From an uncultured Acidimicrobiales bacterium (GTDB lineage: Bacteria > Actinomycetota > Acidimicrobiia > Acidimicrobiales > SHLQ01): a stretch of DNA of 64,000 bases. The notes under the pieces were generated by a model. The model was not told the origin of the DNA and made no database searches. It saw nothing but the letters and a program-made list of their open reading frames with translations. Shown piece by piece: positions 8,923 to 18,243 of the stretch. The number at the start of each line of letters is the position of its first letter. Position 1 is the stretch's first letter. The DNA is taken from assembly GCA_938084885.1 (NCBI GenBank), contig CALKGG010000001.1, forward strand, positions 679-64,678, written 5' to 3'. The position numbers and the translations under genes are program-made.

Positions 8923-10314
8923 CTACTTGACGGCCGCCGGCACTTCGAGGCCGGTTGCATGCAGTGCTGCGTTGCGAGCAGCCTGTAGGTCAAAGTGCTT
9001 TCGAGTGACGATTCGTTGTGCGTACAACCCGCCACCGCCCTGGACCTTTGTGACGGCTTTCCAGCCACCGAAGTTTCCAGCCGTAAGATCGCGAATGGCA
9101 TGAAACAGTCGGGCACGGTATTCGCCGTCTGATGTCGCTCCCGACATGTAGCGCCGTACGGTGTCGCCAATCTCGGGATTGTTCAGGTCGGCGAGGGTTG
9201 GCGCGGTGATCACCGAACCGCCAGCGATCTCTTGGACCTTCTGCACCATTGGATGCCAGTTCGATGCGCCAAAGTACTTTCCGGCGTTGGTGTAGAGCTC
9301 GTTGGGGAACATTGTTCCGTCTTCGCCCTGGCTTCCGTTGCTGAGTGCAGCGTCGAGCGATGCCCGCAACATGGTGGCGTGCATGATGAGGTCGGAGATT
9401 TTCTGGTTGATGTGGGACACCTTCAATAGCCCATTGGCTTCGGCGATGAGGTGCGCGAGCCCGACTAAGAGCTCGGCGTCGTCGACCATGTGCGTGAGTC
9501 CCGCAACGCGTTCCCAGAGGCCGAGTGAATGGGCAAAGATAGCCGCCATGGCGATCTCGCCATCGAGCATGAGGCGTTCGTTGGGTACGAAGACATCGTC
9601 AAAGATGACCATTGCTTCGGGGAAGCTGTCGGTCGAGGAGAACGGTGATTGTGGTTCTTCGCTCGGGGTGGGTGCGGTCGAGGTGTCGACGATGGTGACG
9701 CCGGGAGCGTTGACCGGCACGCAGCACGCAATGGCGTAGTCTTCCTCTCCGGGTTTCATGGCCTTGGTCGGGATGACCATAAGTTCGTGTGCGAGCGACG
9801 CTCCCGTGATGTGGAGCTTGGCCCCGCGAATCCACACTCCTTCGCTTGAACGCTTGACGACTCGGGTATAGGCATCGGGATCGCTTTGCTTGCCAGGTGC
9901 CAGACTTCGATCGCCTTTGGCGTCGGTGATGCATTGGGCAAAGCGAACATCGCGTTCGCGAAAGTCGGCGAGCATCGATCGAATCCGCTCGGGGAACTCG
10001 CTTCCCGGTGATGCTTCTTCGATTCGCGATGCCGCGGTGGTCATCGCCATCATGGACGCGTAGGTGAGAAGAGTCATGATGCCGAGCGGGCGGATTGCTT
10101 CGTTTGCTTCTCGAAGATCGTCGAGTGATCGCGGGGCAACGGTGAACGGGCTGCCATTGGGGTAGAGCTCGCCAATGCGGTCGTAGCTGCCGGCGACGAG
10201 GGAGGCGCACGGCCCAATCACGGGGTGATCGCGGACGTCGTCGACGTGTGCGCCGTCGAAGTACACGTTGCGTCCGTCATCGAGCGATGTGCGGTACTGA
10301 TTCGAAGTCATCAT
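8923..10314 (-). CDS. HpaB-family flavoenzyme (4-hydroxyphenylacetate 3-hydroxylase / 4-hydroxybutyryl-CoA dehydratase family)
   Basis: 463 aa. N-terminus YRTSLDDGRNVYFDGAHVDDVRDHPVIGP and overall length match this family. The subfamily cannot be resolved by eye. Confidence 0.75.
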   Translation of the reverse strand: MMTSNQYRTSLDDGRNVYFDGAHVDDVRDHPVIGPCASLVAGSYDRIGELYPNGSPFTVAPRSLDDLREANEAIRPLGIMTLLTYASMMAMTTAASRIEEASPGSEFPERIRSMLADFRERDVRFAQCITDAKGDRSLAPGKQSDPDAYTRVVKRSSEGVWIRGAKLHITGASLAHELMVIPTKAMKPGEEDYAIACCVPVNAPGVTIVDTSTAPTPSEEPQSPFSSTDSFPEAMVIFDDVFVPNERLMLDGEIAMAAIFAHSLGLWERVAGLTHMVDDAELLVGLAHLIAEANGLLKVSHINQKISDLIMHATMLRASLDAALSNGSQGEDGTMFPNELYTNAGKYFGASNWHPMVQKVQEIAGGSVITAPTLADLNNPEIGDTVRRYMSGATSDGEYRARLFHAIRDLTAGNFGGWKAVTKVQGGGGLYAQRIVTRKHFDLQAARNAALHATGLEVPAAVK

Positions 10315-10331
10315 GAGACGTTTGCGCCCTT

Positions 10332-10345
10332 CTAGCGAATGCTCT
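10332..10345. promoter_or_regulatory. Operator-like site A of the CTAGCGAnCGCTAG family
   Basis: CTAGCGAATGCTCT, 18 nt upstream of the HpaB-family gene start (10314, minus strand). Confidence 0.45.
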
Positions 10346-10410
10346 ACTACATGTGTATCGGTTGGAACTGAGTCGCGCCAGCGCTCAGTTTCCGGGACTT
10401 AGGAAGAAAC

Positions 10411-10424
10411 CTAGCGCTCGATAG
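10411..10424. promoter_or_regulatory. Operator-like site B of the CTAGCGAnCGCTAG family
   Basis: CTAGCGCTCGATAG in the divergent region between the HpaB-family gene and the SBP operon. Confidence 0.45.
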
Positions 10425-10601
10425 CATTCGATCCTCCTCGAATTCCTCCGAGCGCCTCTTCAGTGCAAGAAGTTGCCGCCGAGTTGCCGCGGTGACTGGT
10501 AGTTCGATTATGAATTATACTAGTGTGAAAGATTACCGGTACGAGTGTGCCGGTCAACATGGATTCCGAAGAGCCAAACGGCTCTGAACGGGGGGAAAAT
10601 T

Positions 10602-11963
10602 GTGAAGAAGTCAACACGTACATGGCGAATGCTGTTCGCCTGGTTGGTTGCGTTCTCGCTCATTGCCGCAGCATGCGGCTCGAGTGACGACACCGCTACC
10701 GACGACACCGCTACCGACGATGACGTCGAAGCTGTTGTTGAAGACGACACCAGCGAAGACGAAGAAGTCATGGAAGACGACGAGCCTGTCGAAGATGACG
10801 AAGTCGTAGAAGATGACGAGCCCGCCGATACCGGCGATGCAATCTTCGGCGAGCCAAACCCAGCCGAAGGCGATCCCTTCGTTGTTGGCTTCCCTGTCGA
10901 CACCGGCGGTGAAGCACTCGACAACATCGAGGCACAGATCGCTGCCGAGGCAACGGGCGAATACATCAACGAGTTCCTCGGTGGTATCGAGGGTCGTCCG
11001 CTCGAGATCCAGTTCTGCTCGACTCGTCAGTCGGTCGGATCAGCAACAGATTGTGCCAACGAGTTCATCCAAAACGGTGTGTCAGCAGTCGTCGTCGGTG
11101 CAACGCCGTTCGGTGAGATTATCGCTGGCGCCATGGCCGAAGCTGGCATTCCGTACATTGCCAACGTCGCTGCATCCAACGCCGAACTCGGAGGCCCAAG
11201 CGCGGCAATCTTGACCGGCGATGTGTTTGCAACATGGGGAGCCCCAGCGGCGTACCTTGGAGAGAACGGCCTGTCGAACTTCGCTGTCCTCGCTATTGAC
11301 GTTCCGTCGGTGAAACAAGGCGCAGAGCTGTTGTTCATCCCGGCATACGAGGCTGCGGGATTCAACGCCTCGCTTGCACTTGTTCCGCCGGGCACCGCAG
11401 ACATGTCGGCCAACGTTGCGGCGATCTCCGACGTTGATGCCTGGCTTGTTATTGGCGATGCTGCGTTCTGCACATCGGCACTTCAGGCAGTGAAGGCACA
11501 GTCCCCGGACACGCCGATCTACCTCACCTTCCAGTGTGTCTCGGCTGATGCTGCTGACGCTGTTGGCGGCTTTGAGGGCGTTCGCGTTGTCCAAGGAACA
11601 CGCTTGGACGATGCCGATCCCGAGACGGCGCTCTTCGATGCTGTGCTCGAGCGGTACGTCGACGAGGACCTCGACGGACTTGGCCGTGGCTTCATGAGTG
11701 ACGCATTCGTTGCCACGCTGGCGTTCGACCGCCTCATGGAAGGTTACACCGGTGATGGTTCAGCCGAGTCGGTACTCGCACAGGTCAAGGGTGCGTCGGC
11801 AATCCTTCCACTGAGCGGTGGTACCGAGCTCAACTGTGATGAGCCAGCTCTCCCATTCGCTCCGAGCGTTTGCTCGGCTGGTGCATGGTTGACCGAACTC
11901 GATTTTAATGGTGCACCCACCGAATTCGAGTCGGTGAACACCCTCGGAATCTTCGGTGGCTGA
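10602..11963 (+). CDS. ABC transporter substrate-binding lipoprotein (Liv/branched-chain-amino-acid-type family) with an acidic low-complexity linker
   Basis: GTG at 10602 preceded by GGGGGGAAAAT. Signal peptide plus lipobox (LIAAACGSS), then a D/E/T-rich linker and a periplasmic-binding-protein-type body. Confidence 0.85.
   Translation: MKKSTRTWRMLFAWLVAFSLIAAACGSSDDTATDDTATDDDVEAVVEDDTSEDEEVMEDDEPVEDDEVVEDDEPADTGDAIFGEPNPAEGDPFVVGFPVDTGGEALDNIEAQIAAEATGEYINEFLGGIEGRPLEIQFCSTRQSVGSATDCANEFIQNGVSAVVVGATPFGEIIAGAMAEAGIPYIANVAASNAELGGPSAAILTGDVFATWGAPAAYLGENGLSNFAVLAIDVPSVKQGAELLFIPAYEAAGFNASLALVPPGTADMSANVAAISDVDAWLVIGDAAFCTSALQAVKAQSPDTPIYLTFQCVSADAADAVGGFEGVRVVQGTRLDDADPETALFDAVLERYVDEDLDGLGRGFMSDAFVATLAFDRLMEGYTGDGSAESVLAQVKGASAILPLSGGTELNCDEPALPFAPSVCSAGAWLTELDFNGAPTEFESVNTLGIFGG
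10686..10715 (+). repeat. Perfect in-frame 15-nt tandem duplication (GACGACACCGCTACC x2) encoding DDTAT-DDTAT in the SBP linker
   Basis: Read directly from the sequence; lies inside the SBP coding frame. Confidence 0.9.
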
Positions 11964-13515
11964 GCGGACGGTCGCCGGGGCGAACAACGCCCCGGCGACT
12001 GGCCGGCCCACCGCTGGCGACCCGAGCCAAGACGCGGAATCAAGCAACCGGGTCGCTCAGCGCACAGTATGGACAGCAACGACGGCCGCCGAGCTTCGAG
12101 CGGCCTTTGACGCAGCGAGCGCTGCGTACCAAAACGAACGTTTCCCAACTCGGCAAACCCGTGACGACCGGTTGCGTCGGTTGGACGAGATGATTTCGTC
12201 GCACGGCATCGAACTTGCTGAGGCATTGGTTGAGGACTACGGGAATCGATCACTGCTCCAGACGATTGCGGCCGAGGCAATTACGGCGAGTGGCCAAATT
12301 CGCCACACTCGCAAACACCTCAAGAAGTGGATGAAACAACGGCGCAAGTTCGCTGGATCCAGCTTCCACGCAATCGGGGGATCTGCCGTCTTGCAGCCCC
12401 AGCCGCTAGGTGTGGTCGGTATCATCTCGCCCTGGAACTTTCCGGTCGCGCTGACAATGGCACCGCTCGCATCGGCGCTTGCGGCGGGCAACCGGGCGTT
12501 GTGCAAGGTCTCCGAACTGACCCCGCATACCGCCGCGGTGCTCGAGCGCATCACCAGCGAGTGGTTTTCGGCCGACGAGGTCACCATGATTCTCGGTGGA
12601 CCTGAGGTCGCAAAGGAGTTTACGAAGCTTCCGTTCAACCACCTCTTCTTCACCGGTTCGACCGCCGTAGGTCGACAAGTCATGTTGGCTGCGGCAGAAA
12701 ATCTCACACCGGTGACGCTCGAACTCGGCGGGAAGTCGCCATTTGTTGTCGCCGACGACGGAAACGTTTCCGCTGCCGCAACGACGTTGATCTCGGGCAA
12801 GATCTTCAACGCAGGTCAGTATTGTGTTGCCCCCGACCGGGTCTATGTCGCGAATAGTCGTGCAGACGAGTTCCTCGACGCGTGCCGTGCCGAAGTAGCA
12901 AAACGCAGCGAACACATCGACACCACGTCGATTATCAACGAGCACCACTACGAGCGGGTTATTGGTCTGCGCAACGACGCAATCGAGCGAGGGGCCAAGG
13001 AGATTGTCCTCTCCGACGAAACGAGCGTTGGCGCCGACAACGAGCCATCGTCGTCGCGGACAATCGCCCCCGTTGCGCTCGTCGGCGTTGATGATTCGAT
13101 GGCCATTTCGCACGAGGAAGTGTTCGGGCCGATCTTCACCCTGGAGCGTTTTGATCATATCGATGAAGTGATCGCTGATCTGAACGCCGGGCCAGAGCCG
13201 CTCGCTGCCTACTACTTCGGGGCAAGGAATGGAACCTTCAAGAAGTTCGTCACCCAAACAGCGGCGGGGGGCGTTGTTATCAACGACATCATGATCCACG
13301 TCGGCCTCGAGAACCTGCCGTTCGGTGGGGTAGGGCAGAGCGGGATGGGGGCGTACCACGGCCAGGCTGGCTTCGACACCTTCAGCCATCTCAAGCCAAT
13401 CGTGAAAGTCCATTCACCAATTACCCCTCGGACCACAACGCCGCCGAAGCCTGAGCTCGTGGAATCGCTTATGCGACGAACACTTCATCATCGCTCCGGC
13501 AAGAAAAAGCACTAA
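11956..13515 (+). CDS. NAD(P)-dependent aldehyde dehydrogenase (coniferyl-aldehyde-dehydrogenase-like)
   Basis: ELGGKSP and FNAGQYCVAPDR (catalytic Cys) motifs. The GTG at 11956 is the only in-frame start before the conserved core and overlaps the SBP stop. Confidence 0.9.
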   Translation: MAERTVAGANNAPATGRPTAGDPSQDAESSNRVAQRTVWTATTAAELRAAFDAASAAYQNERFPTRQTRDDRLRRLDEMISSHGIELAEALVEDYGNRSLLQTIAAEAITASGQIRHTRKHLKKWMKQRRKFAGSSFHAIGGSAVLQPQPLGVVGIISPWNFPVALTMAPLASALAAGNRALCKVSELTPHTAAVLERITSEWFSADEVTMILGGPEVAKEFTKLPFNHLFFTGSTAVGRQVMLAAAENLTPVTLELGGKSPFVVADDGNVSAAATTLISGKIFNAGQYCVAPDRVYVANSRADEFLDACRAEVAKRSEHIDTTSIINEHHYERVIGLRNDAIERGAKEIVLSDETSVGADNEPSSSRTIAPVALVGVDDSMAISHEEVFGPIFTLERFDHIDEVIADLNAGPEPLAAYYFGARNGTFKKFVTQTAAGGVVINDIMIHVGLENLPFGGVGQSGMGAYHGQAGFDTFSHLKPIVKVHSPITPRTTTPPKPELVESLMRRTLHHRSGKKKH

Positions 13516-13582
13516 CCAAAGAAACAAGCAAGCAACAACAACGTTGCGAGCCCACCGGCTTACAACGCAAAGGGAGGAAAAT

Positions 13583-14749
13583 ATGAAGTGTCGAGCTGCA
13601 GTTGTCCACGGCCGCGGTCAAGACTGGGTTATCGAGGAGATCGAGGTCGACGGCCCCAAAGCCGGCGAAGTCTTGGTCGAATGGAGCCATGCAGGCTTGT
13701 GCCACAGTGATGAGCACCTGATCACTGGAGAGTTCGATCCGCCACCTGAGGTCAAGGCCATCATGGGCATCGAAACCATCTATCCCATCATTGGTGGCCA
13801 CGAAGGGTCAGGGACCGTTGTTGAGGTCGGCGCAGGGGTGACGTCGGTTGCTCCAGGCGATCACATCGCTGCAGCCTTTGTACCGCCGTGCAACATGTGC
13901 CGTTACTGCCAAACCGGCAACCATGCGCTGTGCGATCAGGGTGCCGGCACCTTCCTCCCCGGCATGATCACCGATGGCACGAGCCGTCACTCGCTAAATG
14001 GCGAACCCATGCTGCTCATGGCAAAGCTCGGAACCTTCTCCGAGTTCAGCTGTGTTGCCGAATCGCAGGTGATCAAGGTCAAAGAAGAGTATCCACTGCC
14101 CTCGGTCGCCCTGGTTTCGTGCGGCGTTGCGACCGGTTGGGGATCGGCGATCAACCGTGCCGAGGTCAGCCCCGGCGACACGGTCGTGGTTGTTGGTATC
14201 GGTGGCGTTGGTGTCAATGCACTCCAAGGCGCCGCAGCGTCGGGAGCAAAGAACGTCATTGCGATCGACCCGGTCGAGTTCAAACAGGTTGAGGCGTTGA
14301 AGTTCGGCGCGACGCATAGCTTTGCGTCGATGGCCGAGGCATTGCAGCCAATCGCCGAGATGACGATGGGCCAAATGGCAGATTCGGTCATCATGACCCC
14401 TGGCGTGCTTACCGGAGACCTCATGGGGCTCGGGACCAAGCTCGCCGGCAAGGCAGGAATCATCGTCGTGACCGCGGTGGCGCCAATGGACCAGAACGAA
14501 GCGGCGATCAACTTGTCGGAGATCACGCTGTGGGCCAAGGAGATCCGTGGAACGATCTTTGGATCGATGAGCCCGCACAACGACGTTCCCCGACTCTTGT
14601 CGCTCTACGAAGCCGGACAGATCAAGATCGACGAGCTTGTCACCGGTACGTACGGCCTCGAAGACATCAACGTTGGCTATCAGGCAATGCGTGACGGTGC
14701 GAACATCCGAGGCGTGATCAAGCACAACCCAGCCCAGTCGCTGATTTAG
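13583..14749 (+). CDS. Zn-dependent alcohol dehydrogenase, NDMA-dependent ADH-like subfamily
   Basis: ATG at 13583 preceded by GGGAGGAAAAT. GLCHSDEH, GGHEGSGTV and CRYCQTGNHALC (structural Zn) motifs, GIGGVGVNA Rossmann motif. Confidence 0.9.
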   Translation: MKCRAAVVHGRGQDWVIEEIEVDGPKAGEVLVEWSHAGLCHSDEHLITGEFDPPPEVKAIMGIETIYPIIGGHEGSGTVVEVGAGVTSVAPGDHIAAAFVPPCNMCRYCQTGNHALCDQGAGTFLPGMITDGTSRHSLNGEPMLLMAKLGTFSEFSCVAESQVIKVKEEYPLPSVALVSCGVATGWGSAINRAEVSPGDTVVVVGIGGVGVNALQGAAASGAKNVIAIDPVEFKQVEALKFGATHSFASMAEALQPIAEMTMGQMADSVIMTPGVLTGDLMGLGTKLAGKAGIIVVTAVAPMDQNEAAINLSEITLWAKEIRGTIFGSMSPHNDVPRLLSLYEAGQIKIDELVTGTYGLEDINVGYQAMRDGANIRGVIKHNPAQSLI

Positions 14750-14771
14750 GCAGAACAATCCGATCTGGCTG

Positions 14772-14798
14772 CTGCGTCGACCCATGCTGTCGACGCAG
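14772..14798. terminator. Bidirectional stem-loop between convergent genes
   Basis: CTGCGTCGAC-CCATGCT-GTCGACGCAG, a perfect 10-bp stem with a 7-nt loop, between the ADH stop (14749) and the CoA-transferase stop (14820). Confidence 0.6.
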
Positions 14799-14819
14799 TA
14801 GTCAGCGGGTCTTTTCGTT

Positions 14820-16025
14820 CTATTGCGCTGTTGCGACGATCCCTCGATCGACTAACGAGCCAATCTCGCTGGTACTGAGGCCGAGTTCGCCAAGCAGCAT
14901 TTCGGTATCGGCCCCGAGGCTGGGCGCAGGAACAGGTTCGACAGCGAGGAACCCGTCAAAGGCGACTGGTGAACCCGGAGACAGGTACGTGCCAACGCCT
15001 GGTTGCTCGACGGTCCGGAACATTTCGTTGTCGGTGGAACACCGAGGATCGTTTTCGACGAGCTCGAGGAATCCTTGATAGCGGCCCCAGCAGACGCCGT
15101 GCTCATCGAAGCGGGCCGCAACGTCGGCGAGCGGGCGTGCCCGCGTCCAGGTGTTGATCAGCGCCTTGATCTCTTCGCGTGCGGCGAACCTGGCACCTTC
15201 ATCGGCGAAGTCGAGTCCTTGAGCAACGGCGACTGCCTCGACCTCGGCCTGGGTTTCGGTGGCCTCAAGAAGGGAGCGCCACTGCTTGTTGCTAATGCCA
15301 ACGGCATAGATTTGTTCGCCGTCGGCGGTTGAGAACATCGCCCCAAATGCGCCGTAGAGGTCATTGCCGAAGCGCTGACGTTCCGTGCCGAGCACTTGGG
15401 CTTCCGCAACGTGGCCGAGCGCCGATACGGCAGCGAGGGCAACATCGAAGAGTGCAAGAGACATCTTTGCCCCCTCGCCAGTTCGGGTTCGGCGCCGATC
15501 GGCAGCCAGCATCGCCAGCGCAGCGGTTTGTCCGCAGATGAGGTCCCATGCTGCGAGAACGTTATTCACCGGCTGGTCATGGTTGGTTGGGCCTGTCACG
15601 TTGGGAAACCCAACCGCTGCATTGACCGTGTAGTCGAGTGCTGTTGAGCCGTCGCGATTGCCGGTCACGGCCAGCATGTTGAGGTCGGCTCGCTTCTCGG
15701 CCAAGCCGTCATAGGACATCCATCCCCGCGCTGGAAAGTTCGTGAGAAAGTTACCAGCCTGAGCAATGAGCTCGGTGAGAAGTTCGCGGGCTTCGGGGGA
15801 TCGGAGGTCTGCGGCGATTGAGCGCTTGTTCTTGTTGAGTCCGGCCCAGTACAACGAGTTGCCGTCGTTCGTCAGTGGCCAACGACGGAAGTCGATTCCT
15901 CCGCCGATTTGATCGAACCGGATAACTTCGGCGCCGAGTTGGGCAAGGGTCATGCCTCCGCTCGGTGCCGCGACAAATGCCGATCCTTCAATGACTCGCA
16001 TTCCCTCAAGTGGAGGAACCATCAT
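14820..16025 (-). CDS. Family III CoA-transferase (CaiB/BaiF type)
   Basis: MMVPPLEGMRVIEGSAFVAAPSGGMTLAQLGAEVIRFD, the typical N-terminus. Start chosen at 16025, where ATGA overlaps the cupin gene's stop. The longest ORF extends to 16100. Confidence 0.9.
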   Translation of the reverse strand: MMVPPLEGMRVIEGSAFVAAPSGGMTLAQLGAEVIRFDQIGGGIDFRRWPLTNDGNSLYWAGLNKNKRSIAADLRSPEARELLTELIAQAGNFLTNFPARGWMSYDGLAEKRADLNMLAVTGNRDGSTALDYTVNAAVGFPNVTGPTNHDQPVNNVLAAWDLICGQTAALAMLAADRRRTRTGEGAKMSLALFDVALAAVSALGHVAEAQVLGTERQRFGNDLYGAFGAMFSTADGEQIYAVGISNKQWRSLLEATETQAEVEAVAVAQGLDFADEGARFAAREEIKALINTWTRARPLADVAARFDEHGVCWGRYQGFLELVENDPRCSTDNEMFRTVEQPGVGTYLSPGSPVAFDGFLAVEPVPAPSLGADTEMLLGELGLSTSEIGSLVDRGIVATAQ

Positions 16026-16447
16026 GATGGACTCCGTTCTGTTTGACGGTCGGACTGTTCGGCGCCAGGTTGCGCTATCGCAATCGATGCAAACACGCAT
16101 TCGCGGCCCTCGGCGGCTGCTGTTTGATGGCCTTGACCGCTGGTGTCGGTGACGAGGAGTACGTCGCCGCTTCGAAAGCGTCGAGTGTCCCCGTCGCCAG
16201 TTGTGACTTCCATGACGCCGTTCAACATGATGATGAACTGTCGTCGTGGAGCGGGGTGCCAGTCCATCTCGAAGCCAGCGGGGAACTCGCTAAAGACCAT
16301 GCGTTCGGGTTTGAGGTCGGTGGTTGCCACATATGGCGGGACCTCGGCGGGGACGTCTCCGGGAGCGAACTCGAACTCGACCTCTGCAAAGCGACTCGAC
16401 CCGTCTGGGGTGGATTCGATCATCGGATAGACAACGGTTGATGACAT
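16022..16447 (-). CDS. Cupin-domain protein
   Basis: 141 aa with a beta-rich core WHPAPRRQFIIMLNGVMEVTTGDGDTRRFRSGDVLLVTD. Coupled to the CoA-transferase gene. Confidence 0.7.
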   Translation of the reverse strand: MSSTVVYPMIESTPDGSSRFAEVEFEFAPGDVPAEVPPYVATTDLKPERMVFSEFPAGFEMDWHPAPRRQFIIMLNGVMEVTTGDGDTRRFRSGDVLLVTDTSGQGHQTAAAEGRECVFASIAIAQPGAEQSDRQTERSPS

Positions 16448-16464
16448 ACGGTTCCTTGCAAAAG

Positions 16465-16478
16465 CTAGCGAGCACTAG
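16465..16478. promoter_or_regulatory. Operator-like site C of the CTAGCGAnCGCTAG family
   Basis: CTAGCGAGCACTAG followed by ATCGGA, in the divergent region between the cupin operon and the ferredoxin operon. Confidence 0.5.
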
Positions 16479-16574
16479 ATCGGATTTTAGTGTATGCTGT
16501 GTGCGAACCGTCGAGGCGCCACAAGGGCGAAACCGAGAGCGAATCGACGAACTCGTGTCACAGGAGAGTTGTCC

Positions 16575-16913
16575 ATGACCATACGTCTCACCGTCCAACC
16601 AGCTGGCATCGAGATCGACGTGGAACCCGGTGAGTCCCTCTTGGAGGCAGCCGAGCGCGCCGGGTATTCGTGGCCAAGTGTCTGCGGTCGACAGGGGGTC
16701 TGTTCGACATGCTCAGTCCTGGTGCTCTCGGCCAACGAAGCGTTACCCGCAGCGTCCTCTTCCGAGCGCGAGACACTCCAGATGTTGCCAGCGTTCCGCG
16801 ACGACGATGACTCCCTGCGTCTTGGCTGTCAGATCCGGCCGTCGGCCGATCTCGCTGTGCGAAAGCTCGGTGTTCGCCCCATCGAGGTCGCCGGGTGCGA
16901 AAGTGATGGGTAG
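16575..16913 (+). CDS. [2Fe-2S] ferredoxin (plant/vertebrate-type fold)
   Basis: ATG at 16575 after AGGAGAG. Cys ligand pattern CGRQGVCSTCSV...LGCQI. Confidence 0.85.
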   Translation: MTIRLTVQPAGIEIDVEPGESLLEAAERAGYSWPSVCGRQGVCSTCSVLVLSANEALPAASSSERETLQMLPAFRDDDDSLRLGCQIRPSADLAVRKLGVRPIEVAGCESDG

Positions 16914-17640
16914 TCAAGCTTCGGCGACGAACATTGTCCTCACGGTGGAGACGTCGGTCGCCCGGATCACCCTGGCACGACCCCAAAGTCGCAACGCCCT
17001 GACCGATCAGGTCATCGAAGAACTCCTCGTGGCGCTCGAGCGCGTGGAGAACGCGCCAACGATTCGAGTCGTGATCATCGAGGGCGAAGGCCCCACGTTC
17101 TGTGCTGGTGGCGACACCAAGGTCGAAACGCAGCTCACCTCGGTGTCTCGTGCAGAACGCCTGGAGATGGCCGAGCGGTACAGTCGAGTGTTTTCTCGGC
17201 TCGAAGGCCTTCCCCAAACCACGATCGCGCGGGTGCGGGGAGCAGCGATCGGCGGTGGCGCCTTGTTGGCCCTCACCTGCGACCTTCGCGTCTGCGATGA
17301 TTCTGCCTTGTTTCGCTTCCCTGAGGTGCCGATGGGGCAGTACCTGATGGCCGCGGGCACTGCTCGACTCGTGCGTGAAATCGGTGCGCCGCGGGCACGC
17401 GACCTGCTGCTCACCGGCCGGCCGCTCGACGCCCAGTCGGCACTCGACTGGGGGCTCGTCACCCGTGTGGTCGATGACGAAAATGCACTCGACGACGAAA
17501 TTGCACAGCTTTGTCAGACCATCGCCGCAATCCCGGGCGACACGGCGCGCCTCACGCTCGAGTCGATTCGGTCGTGTGCACCACTTCGGTCGTCGAGTTG
17601 GGCCGACGACTACCTCGCCACGCTGCCGATCGACGACTAG
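16906..17640 (+). CDS. Enoyl-CoA hydratase/isomerase (crotonase) family protein
   Basis: ARITLARPQSRNALT...VVIIEGEGPTFCAGGD. Start at 16906 overlaps the ferredoxin stop. The N-terminal 90 aa of the track ORF (from 16630) is an out-of-frame shadow of the ferredoxin gene. Confidence 0.85.
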   Translation: MGSQASATNIVLTVETSVARITLARPQSRNALTDQVIEELLVALERVENAPTIRVVIIEGEGPTFCAGGDTKVETQLTSVSRAERLEMAERYSRVFSRLEGLPQTTIARVRGAAIGGGALLALTCDLRVCDDSALFRFPEVPMGQYLMAAGTARLVREIGAPRARDLLLTGRPLDAQSALDWGLVTRVVDDENALDDEIAQLCQTIAAIPGDTARLTLESIRSCAPLRSSSWADDYLATLPIDD

Positions 17641-17693
17641 CCCGCCGACGACTCGCCCACGGCCCCGCTGCTGTGTCGATCAGCGATGTCGAG

Positions 17694-18107
17694 CTACTTC
17701 TTGCCCATGAAGGTCCGAACGGCGTGGTTCGTGTCGGTGAATTCGCTCACCGTGGCAATGGCGCCGTCGCGGCACGCAAACACCCAGCAGTAACGATTTG
17801 TGTATTCGCCTCCGGCGTTGAGGTCGGCGGTGAGGGTCAGAACAACGACGCCAACGGCGCCCTCAACGATCAAGAGCTCGATGTCGCGAGACAGCGAATC
17901 GAGGTCGAGGAATTTCGCAGCGGCCGCACCCGAGAGCGCAGTCGCCACATCCTCGCGTCCTTCTGACGGGCGCCCGATCGACCTCGGAGGCAGGAAGCGG
18001 GCGTCGTCGACCAAGGTGGCGGCGATTGCGTCGACGTCGCGGGCATTCCATGCCTCGATGAATCCCTGAAGAAGTCCTCGGGTCTGGTCTGTGCTCATCT
18101 CGCTCAT
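17694..18107 (-). CDS. SnoaL/NTF2-like fold protein
   Basis: GLLQGFIEAWNARDVDAIAATLVDDARF, a typical NTF2-like N-terminus. About 137 aa from the ATG at 18107; the upstream part of the track ORF is not credible. Confidence 0.65.
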   Translation of the reverse strand: MSEMSTDQTRGLLQGFIEAWNARDVDAIAATLVDDARFLPPRSIGRPSEGREDVATALSGAAAAKFLDLDSLSRDIELLIVEGAVGVVVLTLTADLNAGGEYTNRYCWVFACRDGAIATVSEFTDTNHAVRTFMGKK

Positions 18108-18159
18108 CGTGTGTTCCAATGTCTCATGACCGCAAACGCGGTCCAACTTTCGAGAAAGT

Positions 18160-18173
18160 CTAACGAGCGCTAG
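18160..18173. promoter_or_regulatory. Operator-like site D of the CTAGCGAnCGCTAG family
   Basis: CTAACGAGCGCTAG between the divergent SnoaL-like gene and the acyl-CoA synthetase operon. Confidence 0.45.
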
Positions 18174-18243
18174 GCTAATTTGTCCACCGGGTATCGATAG
18201 GTCGTGACATGGCGAAGAAATCTCGAGAAGGGGCAGCGACACG

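Noticed and set aside
10680-10870. Repetitive D/E/T-rich DNA in the SBP gene as a possible CRISPR-like or regulatory repeat
   Set aside because: The repeats are in-frame codon repeats encoding an acidic linker after the lipobox. There is no spacer/repeat architecture.
16630-16905. N-terminal 92 aa of the crotonase track ORF overlapping the ferredoxin gene
   Set aside because: It is an out-of-frame overlap with a well-supported ferredoxin. The crotonase homology begins at the ATG/GTG at 16903-16906.
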